DNA of 64,000 nt, taken from positions 59,024,001 to 59,088,000 of the forward strand of contig NC_042999.1 in NCBI RefSeq assembly GCF_006345805.1, in the 5' to 3' direction. Made by a program: the position numbers and the translations under genes. The stretch's first letter is position 1, and the number at the start of each line of letters is the position of its first letter. Origin of the DNA: Octopus sinensis (taxonomy: Eukaryota). Below, one piece after another: positions 51,888 to 64,000 of this stretch. Below the pieces are notes generated by a model that saw only the letters and a list, made by a program, of their open reading frames with translations, did no database searches and was not told the origin of the DNA.

Positions 51888-52826
51888 TCGGTTTCTATGA
51901 CTTGCCGTCTCCCGTGTCTACTCATAATGCTTTGGCTCACCCGGGGCAATAACACACGACAATAATCCAAGTTCCTACGCGGTGGGACCGAACCTACAAC
52001 GATGCAGTTCGGAAGCAAACTTCTTACCATACTGCCGCACACATTATATTTATGGGTTGATGAATGGTAGGATGGCTGGATGTATATATCGCGTGATTTA
52101 CAAATTATAGTATTTTTCGATGAAATATGTAATTTCAGCAAGAAATAAGTTTCGGCATTCACCATTCCACAACTCATTATTTCACTTGAGATGCAAATCA
52201 GCAACATCTTATTTATGTATTTATTTAATATTTTTATATTTTTATTTACGTATTGAGATTAAATTATTGTAAGGTCGTTCGAAGTCAATTGTGGATTTTG
52301 ACGTGTTACAATATTAAATTTCGAATTAATAAGTGCGCGTATAAATGTGTGTTTAAATTCACAGAGGCACATGCATATGAACATGGACTTTCAAGAGTGT
52401 ATGTATACATATATATATATATCATATTTTATCAATGTGTCTCTAAATGTGTTTGTACCTAAGGTTGTAAATGGAGACATAGAATCATATTTGTATGCAT
52501 GTATATATGTGTTTGTGTGTGTATGTATTGCATGCATCAGTCTGTCGAACTTGTTAATCTGTCCATATTCAGCCACACACTCACACACACGCACACACAT
52601 ACAAACCTGCGCATGTGCATGTGCGTGCGCGCGTGTGAGTTTGTGTGTGTGTTTGTGTATATGTGTGCGTATAGAAATTATACACATGATGATATATTTC
52701 AGAAGGGAATAGAAAGGAATTACAAGGGACACAACATGTAGTGTGCACATACTTTTCAATATTTGTCTCTATTTTCCATGAGTTGACTTCAGTTTCAGTG
52801 TGACCGTCTGCGTGTTTGACTGTCTC

Positions 52827-52875
<49 letters not shown>

Positions 52876-52880
52876 ATGTA

Positions 52881-52959
<79 letters not shown>

Positions 52960-53107
52960 CTAGTTTCTACAGAGATTCTATCTTTCAAATTGACTCGCAA
53001 GGTTTGGTCGGTTCGGGGTTATAGTAGAAGACACTTGCATGAGGTTCCACTGTTTGGGACTGAACTGGAAAACTCTTGGTTGCAAAAGCAAGCTACATAA
53101 CCACACA

Positions 53108-53148
<41 letters not shown>

Positions 53149-53151
53149 TAT

Positions 53152-53636
53152 ATGACAACTGCAAAATCCTGTGGGATGCAATAATCCAGTGCGATCACCC
53201 TACCAGACATCGGAAACCGGACATTGCTGTGCTGAATAAAACAAGAGAGAACATGTATTATAATCGAGATATCATGCCCCAGTGACAACAGGATCAATGT
53301 GAAAGAAGAATAAAAAATAAACAACTATGACGATTTGAACCGCGAAAAGACGAAGGTTGTGTTCAATGAAGAGAGTAGACGTGATACCAATAGTAATTGG
53401 TGCACTTGGAAGTATCAGCACTCAGCGACCCACATGGCTGAAAAAGATCGGTGCAAGTGTAAAGGAAGAACACCTACAAAAATCAGCATTGCCTGGAACT
53501 GCAAGAGTTCTTTGCAGGGTTCTTGAAGCATGACCAGTAAACAAGTTACACTTTCGTTTGTCGGCTGTGGAGAGCTGACACTTTCCATCACACACAGCAA
53601 AAATAAGCTGTGTTTTCATGTAATAATAATAATAAC

Positions 53637-53687
<51 letters not shown>

Positions 53688-53690
53688 CCT
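53152..53690 (+). mobile_element. 5'-truncated R4/Dong-like non-LTR element: RLE domain, 3' UTR and (TAA)n tail
   Basis: KILWDAIIQCDHPTRHRKPDIAVLNK..IEISCP..K...Y..L...VIPIVIGALGS..LQKSALPGTARVL (PD..D/ExK restriction-like nuclease), a short UTR, then (AAT)n from about 53620. Confidence 0.85.
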
Positions 53691-53898
53691 TCCTACTAAA
53701 GGCACAAGGCCTGAAATTTGTGGGGAGGGGACTAGTTGATTACATCGACCTCAGTGTTTCACTGGTACTTGATTTATCGATCTTGAAGTGAAAAAAAGGC
53801 AAAGTCTCCCTCGGCGGAATTTGAACTCAGAACGTAAAGACGGACGAAATGCTGCTATACATTTTGCCCGGCGTGCTAACGATTCTGCCAGATCGCAG

Positions 53899-53902
<4 letters not shown>
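53690..53902 (-). mobile_element. SINE family A copy (others at about 4160-4245, 18180-18335, 21955-22112, 23160-23330, 34100-34240, 38440-38550, 43580-43735)
   Basis: Same head and central block; flanked on both sides by (AAT)n. Confidence 0.82.
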
Positions 53903-53951
<49 letters not shown>

Positions 53952-54000
53952 TTAATAACAACAACAACAACAACAACAATAATAATAATAATAATAATAA

Positions 54001-54556
54001 ATGTCCTGATGCAGTACCAGACAGTGACTCTCATGGCTTCTGATCTTAACTGATTGGAAGTGTTATCATGTACATTGTGTTGTCCTCGTATAAAAGATGG
54101 GCTACAGTAAATATTCTGCTCAATACCACAGATTTGCTTGTCAGTTGTTTGACCTTAACCAGGCGAGCATGTCCCTTAGTGGCTGACAATATGTGCATCT
54201 CTGATCACGAGCAGAAGTAGTGGGGGATCATCATAGCCATGTGTTGAGAGGGAGTCTTTGGGGTTTGAATAATTCACCTCTGGAAACATGGGTGTTTCGT
54301 TCAACATCCTTAAAGAACCCTTATTCAGGGATCTTTTGAGCGGGATGGGTTACTCGACCAGAAGAAAATTCTAAGTGGGTCCCACCTGCAAGGTCATATG
54401 CTATTTGTCTTGATATGGGATCACCATGTCACTCACATATTGTTGTGATGCATTTGCCTGGTGTGCCCTTATCAGACGGGTAGTCATGACGGATATACTG
54501 GACTTCGCATATTTTACCCCAGTGTCACTTTCATGGCATGCACTGCTCCCTCACTC
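54001..54556. repeat. ~555-bp probable interspersed element flanked on both sides by (AAT)n
   Basis: Sharp compositional boundaries with (AAT/AAC)n at 53903-54000 and (AAT)n at 54557-54650; no ORF. Repeat status cannot be shown within this window. Confidence 0.5.
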
Positions 54557-54562
54557 AATAAC

Positions 54563-54644
<82 letters not shown>

Positions 54645-55562
54645 TAATAATAGTTAAGATGATGGTGATTTAGAGGGATAAGAGAAAGAGAGGCCAAGTG
54701 TAGGGGTTTACATAGAATGAAATGATATAAGAATGTTTAAGGTATACACGGTAAATAAAAATTAAGTATACATAGCACCTGTCAGTGAAAGAAAAGGATG
54801 ACAATGAGGTAATCTTCATGACACCTGAAGATCTCTAGTGCCAGGCGCGAGCCCCACCATACAAATGTCACTGCCCTTGCCAATTCCTGCTCTCCGACTC
54901 ACAAGTCTATACTTAGAGCGGTGCCATCTATTCTTGCCATTTTTGTCACTTCACTCACCTTAATTTCACTAGGGGACATCACCTCCTGACAGTAATCATT
55001 TTCCGTTTCAAGTGACGAGGGCTCTACCAAACAGGAATATAATTTCTTTATTATCCATAAGGATTAACACAGATGGGGACAATACAATGATTTGGGGTCA
55101 AAACATGAAACTTTTTACGATGAAATCGGATGGGTTATTTACAATGGAGTTATAATGAAATCGAATAAAAACAAACAACAAAAAGAGACAAATGAAGTTA
55201 AAAGAACAGGGTAGCCGACCCCACGAGCCCTGTCATTTCAGCTGAAACTTTTGGTAGGTGATCATGGCGTGTTCATGTAGGGCCTTTCACACCCAGCATC
55301 CGTGCTACATGAATATCTGTTCTCATACCTTTCAGCTTCGCCTAACAGACAACCTCTTTTTCAATAGCCACTAGAGAAAGGACGATTGCTTTACCTGTTC
55401 AGTTAAAGGAGAGCGGCATTAGCACTATGGAGTGGGTGATAGACGCATCTGTTCCACGCAAGACAGCTGCTATTCGGCGCTAACTCCAGAAGTCAATAAT
55501 GCCTAAACACTGAACGAGTGCGGGCAGACTGATTTTGTTGCTCTGCGTGCATTTTAGAGAAA

Positions 55563-55734
55563 TGCGACCATGCTGGAGCACCACCTTAACGTGTTTTAGT
55601 CAAAGAAATCGACCCCAGGATTAATTGTCTGTAAGCCTAGTCCTTATTATATCGGCGTCTTTTGTCAAAACGCTAAGTTATGGGGACGTAAACACCAGCA
55701 TCGGTTGTCAAGCGATTGGTGGGGGGACAAACAG

Positions 55735-55791
<57 letters not shown>

Positions 55792-55951
55792 CATACACAA
55801 ATGGCTTCTTTCAGTTTCCGTCTATCAATTCTACTCATAAGGCTTTGGTCGGCCCGAGGCTATAGTAGAAGGTATTTTCTCAAGGTGCCACGCAGAGGGA
55901 CTGAATCCGGAACCATGTGGTTGGGAAGCAAGCTTCTTACCACGCAGCCAC
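55563..55951 (-). mobile_element. SINE family B copy (further fragments at about 4330-4530, 12240-12420, 28450-28620, 51885-52040, 52960-53110, 63380-63700)
   Basis: Family match on the reverse strand. Confidence 0.88.
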
Positions 55952-55975
55952 GCCCGCGTCTCTCTCTCGCTCTCT

Positions 55976-56026
<51 letters not shown>

Positions 56027-57340
56027 TGCTAACACACACACACAGACGCATATGTAAGTATGTATGTATGTATGTATGTATGGATGGATGTATGTATGTA
56101 TGTATGTGTGTGTATGAGTGTGTGTGTGTGTGTCTTTATGTATCTACGTATTCAACTCAAAAGTGATTCAAAGTTTTGATAGGAGACATTGTTAGAGCCG
56201 GGATCCAGAGGGAGGTTTTCTTAATGAATCCTTTTAATCGCACAAAAATGCTTGCACCTTATTATGTCCATAAAAAAAATGAGACGTAAACGCTTAGATG
56301 TGCGAAACAAAATAAAACGATTTTATTTGTGTGACTTGTATATCCTCTGGAAGTGAGAATTGTGTAATAGAAAATTAGCTAACTTTAGAAATGCTTCGGG
56401 TTCCTTGGTATGACATTCAATTTCGAATATGTTTGATGTGATCTCATTCAACAACGTCGACCATTTTAAATAGCATTTCATTTAAAGTTGGCGAAAATAG
56501 CTAACATTTGGTATTCTGGCGATTAAATGTTAGGGTTGGGAGGAGAACCGAAAGTTCTGAAAGGAAATTGACCCAAGGTTAGAAATGAATAATTGCATTC
56601 GCTGATTTCAAATCAACGCTAATTTTAGAACAAATCATAAAATTATATTATAGCTATGACCGGACGCAGGACTTTAGCCAAACCGTGAGTAGAAAGAGTA
56701 AAATGTAATTAACTGAGCTTGCAGAATATTGCCAGTGACATTTTTATAGAGAAATTGAGATAAATCAGGACAGAACAAGTTGGCTAGCAATTAAATCACA
56801 AACGTTATGTCGTTCAGAATAATTGCTGATCATGCTGAGAGAAAGTTCTATTTACAAAGTACAGACACTATTAAAAAAACAAGCAATGCTCGTAGCAAAT
56901 GTAGCCTAATCGGTAAAGAGGCAAATGTGAAAACAGGGGAAAATAGATGTACAGTACATGGAATCTTTACAGCGTACGTTGTAAGAATTTGAATTCTAAA
57001 TTGTAAGCTAATTTATCCTATAGATTCATGGCTTAGAGTTCAAGTTATACTAAGAAAAATTATGACTGCCGTATTATTTTATTAATAAGACGTGCTTCCG
57101 TAATACACCGTATTTCAGTCAGTCTGCTTTCTGAAAGTAATTGGTGTATATTTGCTGTTTCAATGATATTTTGCTTGTGATGTTTGCCGCCAACCGCCAT
57201 TTCAGCAATCGAACAAATGAATTATTGACATGCTGATGAGAACTCTCTCTTCTCCATACATACACGCATACATACTTACATACATGCATACATACATAAA
57301 TGCATGCATGCATGCGTACATGCCTACATACGTACATATA

Positions 57341-57520
57341 GAGGAGTGCTGAGAAGGTTCTGGCTTTGGGTAAAGAAAAATACAGGATGATCAGTTAATT
57401 ATGATTTTATTCAACATATTCCCCTCTCAGATTCACACACTTATTGCAACTGTCCTTCAGTTTTTCTAAGCCGCCCCAAAGAACTCGGAAAGTTGGGCCC
57501 CCAACCAGGCCTTTCGCGAT
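57341..57520 (-). mobile_element. Mariner end fragment related to 29174-29374
   Basis: Minus strand encodes the mariner C-terminus CNKCVNLRGEYVE*; sequence aligns by eye to the reverse complement of the 29174 MITE. Confidence 0.72.
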
Positions 57521-57748
57521 CTGTCTATCTATCTTTCTATCTCTCTATCTCTTTATCTTTCTCTCTATGTATGTATGTATGTACATATGTATGTATGTGT
57601 CTATCTATATATAATTGCGTATATATCAGTATTTATATGCATATATGTATGTATTTATATTTAGTAGATCTATAAATGTGTGTGTATGCATGTATGCATG
57701 TATATATGTGTGTGTGTGTATCCATGCGTACATGCATATACACACACA

Positions 57749-58678
57749 TCTAATATAATAAAAGTGAATGATAGAGTGTCACACTTTTTCAACTTTAATA
57801 AATCCTGTCTACTGGAAGCACCAGGCCTCAAATATTCAGGAAAAGGATAAATTCGATTACATTGACCCCAGTACGCAACTGGTACTTATTTTATCGACTC
57901 CGAAGGGATAAAAAGACGACCTCGGCGGAATTCGAACTCAAAAACTAACAGCAGACGAAACATTGCTAAGAATTTCGCCCGGCGTGCTAACGATTCTGCC
58001 AGCTCACCGCCTTAACGTAATCTTTTCTACCCTAGGTACAAGGCCCTAAAGATCGATCCCAAGTACGCAACTGGTACTTAATTTATAGACCCCGAAAGAA
58101 TAAATCGCAAAGTCGACCTCGGCGGAATTTGAACTCAGGACGTAAAGACAGACGAAATACCTATTTCTTTACTACCAACAAGGGGCTAAACACAGAACGG
58201 ACAAACAAGGACAGTCAAACGGATTAACTGGTACGTATTTAATCGACCCCCGAAAGGATGAAAGGCAAAGTGGACCTCGGCGGAATTTGAACTCAGAACC
58301 TAAAATCAGACAAAATACCGCTAAGCATTTCGCCCGGCGTGCTAACGTTTCTGCCAGCTCGCCGCCTTAGTATAATACAATAATATAATATAATATAATA
58401 AATGTGAATGTCAGTCTGTCAGTGTCCAGCACTTTTTCAACTTTACTTCTAGAAGACGTAGCCTTACATAATATACTATTTTGGAATCGTGCGTACGTGC
58501 GTGTACTCTATGGTGGCAGTGTCGATGTGATGTCTGTATGCGTGTCGGTGGGTACATCTTTGTGCCCCAAGCGATGTATCCGTGAGTGAAGGTGCGTTTG
58601 CGTATATGTGTATAGCTGTGTGCATGTGTGATTGACTGATACATATACATGTGGTGTGTGATGGCATGCGCCCACTAG
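57749..58678 (+). mobile_element. Possible second Helitron-like element containing a SINE multimer
   Basis: A|TCTAATATAATAAAAGTGAATG start and CTAG|T end at 58675-58678, but only a weak subterminal hairpin. The first ~50 bp are repeated at about 58392-58445. Confidence 0.45.
57835..58370 (-). mobile_element. Cluster of SINE family A units
   Basis: Three to four CGGCGGAATTTGAACTCA blocks; heads near 58010 and 58365; unit junction at about 58150-58172. Confidence 0.88.
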
Positions 58679-58989
58679 TATAATTATTTATGTGCTAGTC
58701 TGTATGTTTTTACATTGATTTAAACGTATGAATGTGCCTGTCTGTTTGTCTGTCTAACTGTTAAAATCTCTCCAGACAGCGAAACTGAAAAGTAAATCTC
58801 CCAGATTCAAACCTTAATATCCCACCTGAGGAGTCGTCTATGCACTGTATCTTGTATTTGTTGTTATTGTATCATTCCACGCCCACAAGGGAGCAGTGTA
58901 TGTTGAAGATGAAATAATTGTTGTGCTAATAAAATGTTGGTACATTTCGTCTTCTCTATTTATCTTTAATGTATATACATATATATAAG

Positions 58990-59640
58990 TAGGAAATAGT
59001 GGCACAACAACGTACCAGCTTTTGCTGGAAATAGCAGTCGAGTATTAGGTTGTCCATTTCTCTGGGGTTCTTCCTAGGGGTAAGGTGAAATTTTTTTATG
59101 TTCACCACCCGCACACATTTTTGCATCTCTACATTCAGTGAAGCTTTACATAGAGTCGTGCGGTTATCGACTGCTATTTCCAGCAAAAATTGGTACCTTG
59201 TGCCACTATTTCTTATTTACAATCCTACCTTTAAGGTGCTTTATTTCGCTGGAAAATAAAATTGTAAAAATATTTATAATTTTTTATATAAATCTTTTTT
59301 TATATAAATCTTTTTTCGGTTTTGTTTAAGGCTGGGTCTATTGGCAGAGTATACAGGCATTGATGTAGCAGATATTTTAAATTTAGTCTTCCGGTAGACC
59401 TAGCCTACAAAGTCCAATCAGTTTTACGATAGCAGGCGTGTTCTGAAGAGTCCGAAACTCGAGTACTAGGTTGTCCATTTCACTGGCGTTCTTCCTAGAG
59501 TTAAGAAGAAACTTTTTTGATGTTCACCGCCCACACTCATCTTTCCTTCAATACATTCCGTGAAGCTTTACATAGTGTAGTACGGTTATCGACTGCTATT
59601 TCTAGCAAAAATCGGTACCTTGTTGTGCCACTATTTCCTA
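58990..59640. mobile_element. MITE-like element with ~50-bp TIRs and an internal duplication
   Basis: Left arm 58990-59041; reverse-complement arms at 59167-59215 and 59589-59640; internal ~125-bp body present twice (59042-59166 and about 59463-59588). Confidence 0.7.
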
Positions 59641-61808
59641 TTTTTAATTCCTATTTATAATGCATTGTAATAATATTTATAATATATATATATATATATA
59701 TACATATAAGGATAAGATCGTTAATTTAAATATCGATCGTATCAAGTGGCCAGCATGGGAATAAATACCTTCAAAGGTAATAATGATTATTAAAATTATA
59801 ATTTACGGTATCTAAGAGATACCACCATGCTGGAAATAGCAGCCAAACTTGACTCTAAAAGCACATTAAATGTTCATACAGCACCAGGAGAGACAAAATA
59901 AACTAGCAAAAAATTACTGGATAATTCCATATATATATATATATATATATATATTACTGCTCTTCCATATGCATGTCTACATATAAGTAGGTACATACAT
60001 ACGGAATATCGGATCCTAATGATATACCCTTGAATTTTTCTCACTGCTTAACCTGACAATTTTCATGATTTTGAAATATAAGCAAATGTGTTTAGGCATT
60101 TTAGTCTTCAGAGCGTCTGAGAAATAGTTTTATTACAGCTTTTTGAGAGTCATTGGCCCTGCATTATTTCTCAGAGTTTTTGCTTGCGAACCATCGAGAG
60201 AGAGTGAGGGGGGAAAGGAGTGAGAAACGAGAGAGACTAAGAAGAGTAAGCAATGAGAAAACAGTAGGCCCCACTGGTCAACTTTGGGATGGTTCCCTAC
60301 GGATTAGATTTCTTGCAGGGTATTTCAATGATGTTCCGACACGCTTCTCACCGCATCTAATTACAACACAACGGAGACATAAAGCAAGCTTCATTGATCA
60401 GGTATGTGCGACTGACCTAGGAAGCACTTAACATTACAGCATTGAGATAACTGATGTGTCCACTGCTATGAAATGCCGCCATTTCCCTAGTTTCATGACT
60501 ATTATCGTAAAAGAACCCAGTAGATGTGGCATATGCGCCAACAGAAATGATTCTCTGTTCTCAAACAGCACTCCTTTCTCTTGCTGCTGCTCTTTAAATT
60601 GTGCGGTCATCGAAGGACCTGCGCTTGAAAGAGAAGTTCGTTTGCCTCAAATTCACTGCAAAACCATAAACAAGTAAGTTCGTATAACTGTTTTTTGAAC
60701 AAGCATGTTAGCCGATGTATTAATTTTGGAGACACGAAACGTTTACATGTGGCTCAGTAGAGTCGATAGAATGCTGGTTTATGTTTCATGTTGAAAGCTC
60801 ACTGGGATGAAGTTTTCCTTTCATCCTTATCGTATCACTGATATAATTTATTTGTCAATCAAGGCAATTGGTTGTAATCTTCTGTCAAACTTGCAAGATA
60901 GTGCCTCTGACAGAAATCAATTTACTGTTATTTCACTTAAAACGGCCTTGGTCCTCCTGACCTTTGTGAATGTATTATAAGCAATATCAGTCTTTTGGAA
61001 GGCGGACAAGAGATAAAGATTGCTTATCAGATTAGCCATCAAGCCCTTAGCTATAAACAAGTACTCTTCATTTAGTAAGATGATGAGGCAGTTGAATGTT
61101 ATCGCAGATTCTAAACGTCTCTTAGAAGATAAGACTTTTAATATCATGAAGAAAGGAGTTAGTAATTAATATATAACGCGCATGCGTGCACACACACACA
61201 CGCACACAAATAATTCGGTAAAGAAACGCTCAAGCACACCGACACATTATATTGAATATTCTCCCAGTCTCCCTGGTGTTTGTGCGACGGAAATTTTTCC
61301 TGAACTGAATACCAGTCTATTGCGGTGTAAACTCGCTTTCTTCTACTGGTGATCATTTTGCGCTAAGTGTACTGGAACAAGATGGAAGGAGATGCCTGAC
61401 TACTGAGTCAAAATAGTTTGAGAGGCGAACCAAGGATATCATTAGTGACTGCAAGCCCTGTAGGCAAACTCAAATGGATAACCTCCACTTAACGTACATA
61501 AACACGCAATTCGGAATGCGCTTTTTGATAAATTTGCTTTGATAAAATACGAACTAGGCTGAAACACGTATTTCAGTTGATATGTTTAACTAAAATACTC
61601 CTTAAAGGCACCAACTGATTATGACTGTAGATCAATGAGAGAAATCTGTGAAAAATACACTAATTCGTTTCATTGTTATTTTCATATATTTTTTGTTACT
61701 GTGGTTGAAGAAAACACCAATACATACTGCTGTTATAATTGTTTTCCATTACATTCTCCTTGCAAAAATGTGGTCAGTTCTGACTTAACAGTACCGTGAT
61801 CAAAGATA

Positions 61809-62374
61809 TTGGGTTGTCCGGAAAGTTCGTGCCGATTTTTAAAGGAAAAAAAATGGTAAATAAATACTTGCCATTACATTTTTAATCAACCAAATATGAA
61901 ACATTTTGTGGCATAATGCGTCTCCATCTTTCCTTTAACTTGAAAATACCCTCTTCCCAGAATTGAGTTGGTTTCATGGAAAAGAATTCATCAAGGTATC
62001 TTTTTACGTCATCCAAGGAATCTAAATTTTTACCATTAAGACTATTCTGCAGAGACCTGAATAAGTGGAAATCCGAAGGAGCAATATCTGGTGAATATGG
62101 AGGGCGGGGTAACACATCCCAGTCGAGCTGCAGCAATTTTGTCTGGTTCTCAAAGTATCAAGTGCCAAAAATGAACTTTCTTATCTTCCATTTAAAAGGG
62201 TTACAGAATTAACACAGGTTATAGGAACATAAACCTTCTTCCAAGAAAAGAAAGCTTAAACTGTGCTCTAAATGGAGGTGTAGTCAAATCCTATTTTATG
62301 GACTCAACCATGTTCTAAAATAAGTCGAAATGGTAAGCTACTGTAAATCGGCACGAACTTTCCGGACAACCCAA
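61809..62374 (-). mobile_element. Internally deleted mariner element, 566 bp, perfect 30-bp TIRs and TA target duplication
   Basis: TIR TTGGGTTGTCCGGAAAGTTCGTGCCGATTT at 61809-61838 and its reverse complement at 62345-62374; TA at 61807-61808 and 62375-62376. It retains the transposase C-terminus (PPYSPDIAPSDFHLFRSLQNSL, ORF 61882-62136). Confidence 0.96.
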
Positions 62375-62593
62375 TAGTTTAGTCATAACAACCATTGGTA
62401 TTTCCAGATATTGTGGATCTAAAGCTACCCCACCCGGGCAATTCTTCCTGGTTAAAACAGGAGGATGTGATTTGAGAAGGTTTCATTTGCAACTACACGC
62501 AAGGAAATCGAACTTGTACGTGTCTAATTGTTGGTATGTGAGAGCAAAAGGAAAATAGAGATGATATGTGTGATGCAAATGAAAGCTGGAAAC

Positions 62594-62759
62594 GGAGTGG
62601 CTGTGTGGTATGTAGCTTGCTTACGAACCACATAGTTCCGGGTTCAGTCCCACTGCGAGGCACCTTTGGCAAGTGTCTTCTACTATAGCCTCGGGCCGAC
62701 CAAAGCCTTGTGAGTGGATTTGGTAGACGGAAACATAAAGAAGCCCGTCGTATATCTAT

Positions 62760-62848
<89 letters not shown>

Positions 62849-62856
62849 CCTCTCTC

Positions 62857-62929
<73 letters not shown>

Positions 62930-63145
62930 TTTCGTGTCTGTGTTTATCCCCCCAACATCGCTTGACAACCAATGCTGGTGTGTTTACGTTCCCGTAACTT
63001 AACGGTTTCGGCAAAAGAGACCGATAGAATAAGTACTAGGCTTACAAAGAATAAGTCCTGGGGTCGATTTGCTCGACTAAAGGCGGTGCTCCAGCATGGC
63101 CACAGTCAAATGATTGAAACAAGTAAAAGAGTAAAGAGAGTAAAA
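62594..63145 (+). mobile_element. tRNA-derived SINE family B, full-length, with internal microsatellite
   Basis: A-box-like TGGCTGTGTGG, B-box-like GGTTCAGTCC, CORE-like GGCACCTTTGGCAAGTGTCTT, internal (TATC)n(TA)n(TG)n at about 62752-62926, tail GAAACAAGTAAAAGAGTA. Confidence 0.93.
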
Positions 63146-64000
63146 CTTGAAGATTGAAATAAATACGTCTGGCCGGTAAATTTTCTCCTGATCCACTAAC
63201 CATTGCGTTCCCTATAAATATACACGTCTTCACCGAGGTTCTATTTTTTTTTCAAAATCTATTTGTATAAATTGGAATTCCGGTGCATCAGCTTATTTCA
63301 TAAGAATATTCTAGTTTTGTTTTTCATTTGAATTTGATGCACTGTTTTGTCCATATAATGTATGTTTTACAAATATTATCTTTTATTTGTGTTGGTCATT
63401 TGACTTCGGCTAATCGAACGCAGAGACTCCGATTTATGTTTTAAGCCATGTACTTATATTATTGCTCTCCGCCACCAAACCCTTAAGTCATTTGACTTCG
63501 GCTATGCTGGGGCATCATCTTTCAGGGCATAATCGAACGTATTTCTGTTTTAAACCATGTACTTATATTATTGCTCTCCGCCGCCAAACCCTTAAGATAC
63601 AGCGACGTAATCAAGCTAACACCATTTGTCAAGTTGTGTTCTGTTGGGGAACAAACACAAACGCAGACACATACATACATCAGCACACACACACACACCA
63701 CACACACACATACACACACACACACACACTCACACACACGTACTACTAGTCGATTAATTAGAAATATTTTACTTTCCACTTTAAATACGATAGCACTTAC
63801 TTCACATTTTACAATCATGATATATTAGTGTTAGACTATTTAATGTAGGGAGCTTTAAAAGACTTAACTAGACAAAATCAGACGAAGAAGGGAAAAATAA
63901 TCAATATTAATGAGTTATACTTGCATGGCGAGTGAAATTTAAAATGGCGGTGTGCTGCAAATGAAACAGTTAAGTTGTACAATAACTACATCAGCCATGT

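Noticed and set aside
55329-55372. 42-nt minus-strand exon with good splice signals
   Set aside because: Stops in all three frames and no other support.
59444-59470. CUGAAGA-GUCC-GAAA-CUCGAG-UA hammerhead-like string
   Set aside because: Helix II is only 4 nt long, there is no helix I, and the palindrome overlaps MITE sequence.

Overview
AT-rich eukaryotic non-coding DNA (intergenic or a very large intron) saturated with microsatellites and mobile-element copies. The repeat families and the density of (TA)n/(CA)n/(TATC)n/(ATGT)n tracts most resemble an Octopus-type cephalopod genome; this is inference from pattern recognition, not a search. I can support no host protein-coding gene, rRNA, true tRNA or CRISPR array, and nearly all long ORFs in the track are microsatellite translations. 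Supported content: (1) a near full-length ~3.3 kb RTE-clade LINE on the minus strand with two visible lesions; (2) decayed fragments of CR1-like, Hero-like and R4/Dong-like non-LTR elements; (3) mariner/Tc1 remnants, including a 566-bp copy with perfect 30-bp TIRs; (4) two near-identical non-autonomous Helitrons; (5) three families of tRNA-derived SINEs. The best hunt result is a set of minimal type I hammerhead-ribozyme motifs of the Penelope-like type: one with an intact core (36119-36156), two sharing a non-canonical U6 core, and one candidate U3-A8 compensatory variant. Other leads are an 86-nt pre-miRNA-like hairpin, SINE multimers with an identical junction at several loci, and head-to-head SINE pairs that could form long dsRNA.
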